DNA of 35,126 bases from a bacterium (GTDB lineage Bacteria; SZUA-182; DTGQ01): contig JBFMGO010000056.1 of assembly GCA_040752695.1 (NCBI GenBank), positions 1 through 35,126 of the forward strand, written 5' to 3'. Numbering within the stretch: position 1 is the first letter of the stretch; every line of letters starts with the position of its first letter. The translations under genes and the position numbers were made by a program. Under the pieces are notes generated by a model, which was not told where the DNA came from, ran no database searches, and saw only the letters and a program-made list of their open reading frames with translations. Of this stretch, positions 28,684 through 35,126 are shown piece after piece.

Positions 28684-28745
28684 GAACTTCCTCCTGTTAC
28701 AGGCGCGAAACCCGAACCTCTTCCTTTTACAGGCGCGCAAATCCC
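28684..28745. repeat. Imperfect tandem duplication (30 and 32 bp) covering the upstream gene end and an RBS
   Basis: GAACTTCCTCCTGTTACAGGCGCGAAACCC (28684-28713) versus GAACCTCTTCCTTTTACAGGCGCGCAAATCCC (28714-28745). Confidence 0.75.
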
Positions 28746-29170
28746 GGTGCGTACCTGAAGGGTTCCGCCGTTGCATCGTAGGTAACAATTTCCAATCCAT
28801 AGGAATTTTTCCCCGAGCGGCGCACGGTCCATTTCTGGGTCGCGTCCAGGGAAATACGTTTGCTTTTCGGCGATGGCGGCTCCCACAAACTGGCTTGCCA
28901 TGAGACAACAACATCCAATTCGGCCTTATTGCTGCTGATCTTGCCTTCTATGCTTTGAACATAGTGACTCTCGTCAAAAAAGAGGTTGGTTACCCGGACA
29001 TACCATTTTTTGAAACTTTCAAAATCACGAATATCCCCATCAGGAAACTGCATATGTAACTCTTCATCCGCCAGAAGCTTATAACACTCCTCAATCGGAA
29101 CATGAAAATCTAATGCCTGGTACCAGGCAGCAACAAATCTTTCGATTTCGTTGAAGGTCAAATCAGCCAT
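28727..29170 (-). CDS. NTF2/SnoaL-like protein
   Basis: 147 aa with N-terminal helices (F...WY.ALD, LLADE) followed by beta-strands (FFDESHYV, VVVSWQA, QKWTV). RBS AGAGGAG. Confidence 0.75.
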   Translation of the reverse strand: MADLTFNEIERFVAAWYQALDFHVPIEECYKLLADEELHMQFPDGDIRDFESFKKWYVRVTNLFFDESHYVQSIEGKISSNKAELDVVVSWQASLWEPPSPKSKRISLDATQKWTVRRSGKNSYGLEIVTYDATAEPFRYAPGFARL

Positions 29171-29234
29171 TGTTTATCTCCTCTTAAACGGTTTTCTGAA
29201 TCAGTTCCAGTCAGTATGTTTCGTTTTTATCGAT

Positions 29235-30464
29235 TCAGTCAGTCCATTTTGTTCCTAATCTGTCGTAATCGACATCAGGAAGGAGGGTGAGTGCGATGTG
29301 CCGATAGATCTTCCCATCCTTCATATACAAGCCATTCAGTGCCTGGACGGTTCCCCTGCCTTCGCTCGTAATCGTGGCTCTGAAGATGATGACATCCTCG
29401 ATTTCGGCAAAGTATTCGGTTGCCATGAAAGTGATATTACGCATGATCTTCAGGGTATCCACGTAATATTTTTTGAGTTCCTCATGTCCCCGGCGCATTC
29501 CATCAAAGGTGACCATGACTGCATCACTGTGATAGTGTTTTTCAACTAATTCATCTATTTTCCCGCTGGACATCAACATGAGTTGCTCATTGTAGAAATC
29601 TTTGCCCCTGCCCGGTGTAAACATTCTTTTCTCGATGAGTTGCTGGATGGAGATATCCAACTCGTACGTCAACAGGAACAAGGTGGTTTCACTTGGCAAA
29701 TATCTTTGCATGTCTGCCGCTATTTTGTCTCGTGATTCCCTGCTTACCGGGACCGACCGGTCTTCGAGTGCGGCAACGGCATTGATAAAGGCATTGTTAT
29801 ATCCAGTCTGCCAATCCACACATTCCATCCCGACCGGAGATGGACCATGTCCGGTGTAAAAGCGGGTTGACCGTTCATCAAAATCCTGTTTGAGACGTTT
29901 GAGAATGTCCTGCCATTCAAATACGTGTCCGTCACGGAAAAAACAGTGACAGTTCAAAGTCGCTAGATCGCCGATAAAAGCATGCGTTATGCCGTTCTTG
30001 CGAAAGGTCCATATGCTATCGTCGTCAGATTCGCCAGGTCCCACACCGGTGAATGTAAACTTCACGCCGCCAAAGGTAAGGGAATCTCCATCCCTGACGA
30101 TCTCATTGGGGAAAAGACGTTTTCGCGGGTAATCCTCTCCCAGATAATTAATTGCTGTTGAAGATTTCGTCTCATCCTCTCGCTTCGCAAATTCCAGGCA
30201 GCCTTGCGAGGCGAAGCGGGGCAGATCCTCAAAAGCCACTAATCCTGTGTAATGATCGGGGTGCCCATGTGTCAAAAGTACCGCTTCAACCGGTTTGCCG
30301 AAAGAATTTGCTTTTTTGCGTAATTCCTGGGCGCTGGAAAGGGCAAGTGTGGTGTCTATCACCACGACACTGTTTTCCAACTCAACGATATATGCATTGA
30401 CGTGATCCCTGGGTAATTCCATAAACTTGCCCAATAACTTATGAATAACTGGAAATTCCAACAT
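29235..30464 (-). CDS. Metallo-beta-lactamase-fold protein fused to a C-terminal NTF2/SnoaL-like domain
   Basis: VNAYIV, VVIDT, THGHPDH, GDL and GHG motifs. The last ~130 aa are homologous to the adjacent 30503-30880 ORF. ATG 30464 follows AAGGAG. Confidence 0.88.
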   Translation of the reverse strand: MLEFPVIHKLLGKFMELPRDHVNAYIVELENSVVVIDTTLALSSAQELRKKANSFGKPVEAVLLTHGHPDHYTGLVAFEDLPRFASQGCLEFAKREDETKSSTAINYLGEDYPRKRLFPNEIVRDGDSLTFGGVKFTFTGVGPGESDDDSIWTFRKNGITHAFIGDLATLNCHCFFRDGHVFEWQDILKRLKQDFDERSTRFYTGHGPSPVGMECVDWQTGYNNAFINAVAALEDRSVPVSRESRDKIAADMQRYLPSETTLFLLTYELDISIQQLIEKRMFTPGRGKDFYNEQLMLMSSGKIDELVEKHYHSDAVMVTFDGMRRGHEELKKYYVDTLKIMRNITFMATEYFAEIEDVIIFRATITSEGRGTVQALNGLYMKDGKIYRHIALTLLPDVDYDRLGTKWTD

Positions 30465-30502
30465 AATCTCTATTCTCCTTATACTTTTTGCTTTCCTTAT
30501 TC

Positions 30503-30880
30503 TTACAATGACTTCATCGCCCATTCCTTTGTTTTTTCGGGAGATATGGTCAATGCGATATGACGGAAAATTTTTCCGTCTTTTAGATAGAACGCGTCAT
30601 CACCTTTAATAATTCCAAACTTTTCGGTCTGGACGCTGGCCTTATAGATGATCACGTCATCCGATTCCGCAAAGTAATCGGTAGACAGCCCCAGAATTTT
30701 GCCCGTAACTTTAGGTGCATCTTCTTTTAAATATTTTCCAATGGCTTCTCTTCCTTTCAGGACGAATTCAAAGGTGACCATCTGGGCATCTTCATGATAA
30801 TGGTCGCGTAACAAGCCATCGATATCACCTTTCCCTAAATAGGCAAGGTGTTCCTGATAAAATTTCTCACCTGGCGTCAT
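30503..30880 (-). CDS. NTF2/SnoaL-like protein
   Basis: GDIDGLL..HY.EDA, GREAI and a terminal FYLKDGKI strand. RBS AAGGAGG. Confidence 0.85.
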   Translation of the reverse strand: MTPGEKFYQEHLAYLGKGDIDGLLRDHYHEDAQMVTFEFVLKGREAIGKYLKEDAPKVTGKILGLSTDYFAESDDVIIYKASVQTEKFGIIKGDDAFYLKDGKIFRHIALTISPEKTKEWAMKSL

Positions 30881-30958
30881 GGTATGTCCTCCTTTTAATA
30901 TAATGTATGAATAGTATCTTTCTTATTTTGATCTTCATGTCATGCATCAGCTATACTG

Positions 30959-31399
30959 TCAATGTCCAGGATTAACGGATCCAGGTAAGGGGATGGGATT
31001 TTCGTTTACAAGGTAATATTCAGCACTCATAATCTTGCCATTTTTTATTTTGTATATATGTAACCTGTCCCCTTGGTAACTATCTCCAGCAGAAGGAGCA
31101 CCTTTCGCCCATACTCCCTTTTCAGTCAGGTAAACCATAACCTTATTTTCTTCAGACATGATTTCATGGGGATTGATTTCCGTAATATGTGCCCTGTTAA
31201 ATATCCCCTGGACTAATTCTAAGACCTCATAAATTCCTTCCCGCACTAACGAAGGTTTGTAAGAATTAACCACTAACCTGATGTCGTCAGTTAATAAATT
31301 TTTTATTCTCTTCAGATCTTCTTTCAGATAAGCATCGAATAATTTTAAAACTACCTCTTTTCTTTCATTACCAGTTGTGCTTGGTTGTCCCTTTTCCAT
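30959..31399 (-). CDS. NTF2/SnoaL-like protein
   Basis: V..LFDAY...D...I..LLTDD, E..SE.NKV.V and a terminal YKIKNGKI. Confidence 0.8.
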   Translation of the reverse strand: MEKGQPSTTGNERKEVVLKLFDAYLKEDLKRIKNLLTDDIRLVVNSYKPSLVREGIYEVLELVQGIFNRAHITEINPHEIMSEENKVMVYLTEKGVWAKGAPSAGDSYQGDRLHIYKIKNGKIMSAEYYLVNENPIPLPGSVNPGH

Positions 31400-31468
31400 A
31401 GCGGATCCTTTCCTCTGGTATACGTTTTTCCCCTTATTTCCTCATATTCCGGCATAGCCTGTTCTATT

Positions 31469-31852
31469 CTAACTAAGGTTTTGATCCGTAAAGGGTTTAA
31501 ATGGGACGGAATCATGAAAATTTGCCATATAGCTTATTTTTCCATTTCGAACAATAAAAAAATTTACCCCTTTTGCATCTATAGGCACTCCCTTGGCATT
31601 GGCTGCGTCAATATGCCATAAAACCATTGCCTTTTCACCCTCAACCAGGACTTCCAGCGGACGGTTAATAAATTTGGAATATCCTTTTTTTAGCCCGTCT
31701 ACCGCACCCCTTAAGGTTTCAATGCCTTCTAGATGTCCTGCTAATTGCTCATCCATAACAATGTCATCATCAAATAAAGTTACCCATTTATCCCAATTAC
31801 CCATATTTACTACATAAAAATAGGTTTCGATAACTTCTCTTGTATTCATCAT
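31469..31852 (-). CDS. NTF2/SnoaL-like (ketosteroid-isomerase-like) protein
   Basis: IETYF..N.G.WD.W..LF.DD, VEGEKA and F.VRNGKI..M..FHDS. RBS GAGGAGG. Confidence 0.88.
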   Translation of the reverse strand: MMNTREVIETYFYVVNMGNWDKWVTLFDDDIVMDEQLAGHLEGIETLRGAVDGLKKGYSKFINRPLEVLVEGEKAMVLWHIDAANAKGVPIDAKGVNFFIVRNGKISYMANFHDSVPFKPFTDQNLS

Positions 31853-31892
31853 ACTATTACCCTCCTCTTTTGCTTTTTTCTTGTCCTTACAT

Positions 31893-32258
31893 TCATTGGA
31901 AGGCCTTTGTAAAATGTGCGGAGTCGTGAAAGCTGGCCATATAGGTTATTTTCCCTCCTTTGATTTCATAATAATTCGCTCCTTTTGAAATTAAAGAAGT
32001 ACCCTTCCGGGTAGTGGCTTCAATTTCACATACCACCATGGCCTTATTTCCATCAACGACTATTTCTCTAAGGTGATTTTTGAATTTTGGCAAGGCTTGT
32101 TGGATTGTATCCACAGATTTTCTAATAGCCTCCTTCCCTTTTGAGATATTTGACATATCATCTACAATAGCATTATTATCAAATAAGTCTGCCCATTTAT
32201 CCCATTCTCCCGAATTCAAAAAAGTAAAATAGGCTTCGATAATTTCTCTTACATTCAT
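31893..32258 (-). CDS. NTF2/SnoaL-like protein, paralog of 31469-31852
   Basis: IEAYF..LNSGEWDKW..LFD, GKEAIR, VDGNKAMV and YEIKGGKITYMASFHDS. RBS GAGGAG. Confidence 0.88.
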   Translation of the reverse strand: MNVREIIEAYFTFLNSGEWDKWADLFDNNAIVDDMSNISKGKEAIRKSVDTIQQALPKFKNHLREIVVDGNKAMVVCEIEATTRKGTSLISKGANYYEIKGGKITYMASFHDSAHFTKAFQ

Positions 32259-32324
32259 TATAGAGATTTCTCCTCATCGTCATGCTTTCATGCCTTAAAA
32301 TTTACTATTATCTCCATTACAGGC

Positions 32325-32700
32325 TTATCTTCTTGCCAGGACAATGAAACCGTTTGCTGGAATGACCGTGTTGATCCGTCCGTTTGAAGAGAAGATATCC
32401 ATCCCATAATTTCCGCTCTTGTTCCCTCCAAAATCTTCGGCATCGCTATTGAAGACTTCCTGCCAGCGGGCATCTTCTATGCGCCTATTTTCAATGACAT
32501 AGCCGCCAGTAAAAGGATGGTTGTTGAGGCTGGCCGCAATGATGAATTCCTGCTGATCATCCCAGCGCCGGAATGCGATGACTCTATTGGTATTATGAAC
32601 ATGGAGAATCTCAACAGCATGGGAACGCAAACCCGGATTATTCAGGCGCAACTGAATTAAGTCCCGGTAAAACCGGAATAAAAATCTTCCATCCCTTTCC
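32325..32700 (-). pseudogene. Frameshifted C-terminal portion (alpha-amylase C beta-domain) of the upstream GH13 gene
   Basis: The alternate frame reads DGRFLFRFYRDLIQLRLNNPGL...NRVIAFRRW...WQEVFNSDAEDFGG...IPANGFIVL, a typical GlgB/TreZ C-terminus. It has no start/RBS of its own. Confidence 0.85.
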
Positions 32701-34801
32701 CTTGCCCGTAAAGGTCTTCTCTATTATCGGCAAAGTCACTGTATCTATAATCTTTTTGGGCACCCACCTCTTCACCCATAAGAAACAGGGGAGTCCCGGC
32801 AGAAAGCACAGACATGCCAAAAGCAAAGCGGCACCGGGCTTCGGCGACACGCCGGGTTTCACCGGAAAGAGATGCACGATTGACCGCTGCATGGATGGTT
32901 CGCATAGAATGCTCTGAATTCCCCGCTTCATCGTGAGACTCGTGATAAACAACTTTTTTATTGGCAGAGGCCAGCAGGACACCTGCGAAATAATCCATAT
33001 TGAGAGGCCGATCATCTCCATAGCCCGCAGTTGTTATCAGATTGGCATACTCCGGCCCCCTGCCTGTATCGCCACTGAGATGATGATAAAAATCCGCATA
33101 CCAGACTGCATCGAATCCCAATCCTCCTCTATCCGTTCCTTCAGTTACTTTATCCCAATTGGAGTGATCTTCGGCTGTGAGGATTACATCCGGTTTTATC
33201 ATCTTTAAGGTGCTGCACAGTTCTCTTAAAAATTTTACACCAAAAGCATTGACATTGCCCGCAGGTTTGCCATTTGCATGAAGTACATTATAGGCGTGGA
33301 TAGAGGTAGTCTGATCCATTCGGAAACCATCGATATGGAAATTTTCCATAAGGGTCACTGCACTGCTGATAAACAGCTTTCTGACCATTTCCTCATGATA
33401 GCGAGGAGCATAGCCAGTAGACATGTTATCTATATACCCTCCATGCCCTTTCTGATTATTCGTTGCAGCCTCATAAAAGCGGGGATAATCGGAAGGTCTT
33501 CCTTCATACCAGTAGTAAACATTGTGTTCCGGGACATCGGAATCGTAAGCCCATTCAGCCCTCTCTGCATCGTGGTGGTAATGGTTATAGACAACATCCA
33601 TGATCACGGCGATGCCCCGGCGATGACACTCCCGGATAAAATGCTTGAATTGATCCCTGCCTCCTGCGCTGTATTCAAGGGCAAAATAGTGGGAAGTCCC
33701 ATATCCCCATTGGGCCCAGCCCTCAAACTCGGAAATGGGTAACAGCTCTATGGCATTAACGCCAAGCTCGGTGAGATGGTCGAGGAGTTCTATGGCATCT
33801 TCAAAATTGCCGGGCCTGTTCTTACCAAAACCAAGAGCACCGATATGCAGTTCGTAAATAACAAGATCTTCAACGCGGCCGGGCAACCTTTTCCCTGAAG
33901 TGAATTCATCTTTCCAGAATTCTTCCTCTGAGATAAATTCATGTTCCGGCCAGACGTCTTCTTTAAAGTTTTTGGCTACCGTTTCAGGATCTATGACCAC
34001 GGAGCAGCTTTTTGTGCCGTCGAGCTCAGTTGTTCTGCCGCTAAAATGGCCTCCCCGTGGGTCAAAAGTGCCGCTTCCTATCTGGCAGCGGGAATACAAG
34101 TCCGTGCGGTACGAAGCTTCTCCCTGAGATGAGGTGTTTCTCCCTTCCTTCCAGATTCTGTACATATAGAGTCTGTGATCATACCGGGAAAAACGGGGAA
34201 TAATCTCAGTCATCCAGACACCATTTTTGGGGCGCATAGGGAGAGGAGAAAAATCGGATGACTCATTCATGCCGGCACCATCATCGGCAATGTATCCGGA
34301 CTCCCCTCCAAAAACAACATCAACTTTTTCCGCGTTCGGTGCCCAAACCGCAAAGCGAAGGCCAGCCTCATCCCTGCCTGCGATGCCCGTATCACCCCTA
34401 GCCGTGGTATATTGTTTATTGGCACCAAGCCACAGGCAGTGAATCAGGTGATAGATTTCTTCCTGTGGCCTGTCTGTGCCACCTGGTTCCAGGACAAAGG
34501 TTCGATAACGGTCGGCAGAAGCCGTGGAATTGATCTCCGTTAGGATGCCCCATTGATTGGGGCCCTGGGGGGCATCGAAGATGACCCCCCAGCGAAATTC
34601 TCTTCCTGCCTCTGCTTCATCCAATGCCACCGTGGCTGTAAAGCAGATTGAGCCATCTTCCAACACCCCCGGTTCCATCGTACTTTCTGTCCACTGTTCC
34701 GAATACCGGCCGCTCCTGTCCCAACTGCCAGTCAATCTGGCATTGTGAAACAGGTCCCTTTTCATGCCTGTCGAATACATAAACCGGACGGGAATACTCA
34801 T
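32657..34801 (-). CDS. GH13 alpha-glucan-active enzyme (branching enzyme / TreZ-like, CBM48 plus catalytic barrel), truncated by a 1-nt frameshift
   Basis: FAVWAPNA, IYELHIG, WGYG, DVVYNH and PLFLMGEE, with catalytic residues in GFRMD, AED and SHDE. The true end is at 32325 if the frameshift is repaired. Confidence 0.9.
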   Translation of the reverse strand: MSIPVRFMYSTGMKRDLFHNARLTGSWDRSGRYSEQWTESTMEPGVLEDGSICFTATVALDEAEAGREFRWGVIFDAPQGPNQWGILTEINSTASADRYRTFVLEPGGTDRPQEEIYHLIHCLWLGANKQYTTARGDTGIAGRDEAGLRFAVWAPNAEKVDVVFGGESGYIADDGAGMNESSDFSPLPMRPKNGVWMTEIIPRFSRYDHRLYMYRIWKEGRNTSSQGEASYRTDLYSRCQIGSGTFDPRGGHFSGRTTELDGTKSCSVVIDPETVAKNFKEDVWPEHEFISEEEFWKDEFTSGKRLPGRVEDLVIYELHIGALGFGKNRPGNFEDAIELLDHLTELGVNAIELLPISEFEGWAQWGYGTSHYFALEYSAGGRDQFKHFIRECHRRGIAVIMDVVYNHYHHDAERAEWAYDSDVPEHNVYYWYEGRPSDYPRFYEAATNNQKGHGGYIDNMSTGYAPRYHEEMVRKLFISSAVTLMENFHIDGFRMDQTTSIHAYNVLHANGKPAGNVNAFGVKFLRELCSTLKMIKPDVILTAEDHSNWDKVTEGTDRGGLGFDAVWYADFYHHLSGDTGRGPEYANLITTAGYGDDRPLNMDYFAGVLLASANKKVVYHESHDEAGNSEHSMRTIHAAVNRASLSGETRRVAEARCRFAFGMSVLSAGTPLFLMGEEVGAQKDYRYSDFADNREDLYGQGKGMEDFYSGFTGT

Positions 34802-35126
34802 CGTATCGCCTCCGGCTTATATTCTGGATTCGGTATATACTCCACGGCAATCTCATACCCTTCCGCTCCTTCTCTGGTCGAGGGGCCAAGTTCGATCTGA
34901 AAATTATCTTTATGGATACGGTTCCATTCCGCACCATTGACAAAGACCTGTCCCATTTTTAAACATCCCTTTGGCAGATAATCAGGCATAACGTTGATGA
35001 TATTGTTTTCTCTTGAGGGGCAGGGTTTGAAATAAAGTCTGAAAGGAATCTTGTTCACGAAGGTGCGGATGTAAAGCTGAGCAAGAAAATTAAGCTCAAA
35101 AACATGATACCCGGATTTTGAGTGGC
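34798..35126 (-). CDS. Partial gene (5' end outside window); probable C-terminus of an AGE-family (N-acylglucosamine 2-epimerase-like) protein
   Basis: The frame is open to the window edge: HSKSGYHVFELNFLAQLYIRTFVNKIPFRLYFKP...INVMPDYLP. The YH motif resembles the last catalytic His region of AGE epimerases (recalled, not searched). ATGA overlap with the GH13 gene. Confidence 0.6.
   Translation of the reverse strand, partial: HSKSGYHVFELNFLAQLYIRTFVNKIPFRLYFKPCPSRENNIINVMPDYLPKGCLKMGQVFVNGAEWNRIHKDNFQIELGPSTREGAEGYEIAVEYIPNPEYKPEAIR

Noticed and set aside
24485..28758. Long plus-strand ORFs (24485-25060, 25388-25924, 28150-28758) and other short overlapping ORFs
   Set aside because: They are antisense or alternate-frame shadows of well-supported genes and carry no motifs.
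28684..28914. 77-aa N-terminal extension of the VOC ORF in the ORF track
   Set aside because: It overlaps the upstream SnoaL gene, and a strong RBS precedes ATG 28683.
32690..32706. Programmed -1 frameshift at GGGAAAG
   Set aside because: The heptamer is read GGG AAA G in the zero frame, not X XXY YYZ, so it is out of phase for tandem slippage.
1..35126. Mobile elements, tRNA/rRNA genes and CRISPR arrays
   Set aside because: No transposase or integrase motifs, structural RNA signatures or repeat-spacer arrays were seen.

Overview
The window holds two convergent gene blocks that meet at a 48-bp junction (24224-24271). (1) 743-24223 (+) is a Wzx/Wzy-type exopolysaccharide cluster of the exosortase/PEP-CTERM kind. 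It encodes a priming phosphoglycosyl transferase, a short OPX export protein, a co-polymerase and BY-kinase, a deacetylase, exosortase and EpsI, WecB, four glycosyltransferases, an O-antigen ligase/polymerase, a CapK-like adenylating enzyme, a secreted beta-helix protein, a flippase, an acyltransferase, a nitroreductase and a pyruvyltransferase. An AT-rich region with a sigma-54 -24/-12 motif precedes it. (2) 24272-35126 (-) is a tightly packed run of co-oriented genes. It contains a partial gene (probably an AGE-family epimerase C-terminus), a GH13 alpha-glucan enzyme split by a 1-nt frameshift, six NTF2/SnoaL-like domains (one fused to a metallo-beta-lactamase-fold protein) and a VOC/glyoxalase protein. 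It ends in a translationally coupled pair: a degenerate PfkB-like/ClpB-D2-like AAA+ ATPase and a 2TM-RCK-RCK-RyR-RyR channel-like protein. The minus-strand block is the best candidate for an undescribed system. Gene content suggests a deltaproteobacterial (Desulfobacterota-like) host, which is an inference. All family calls come from motif recognition by eye; no searches were run.
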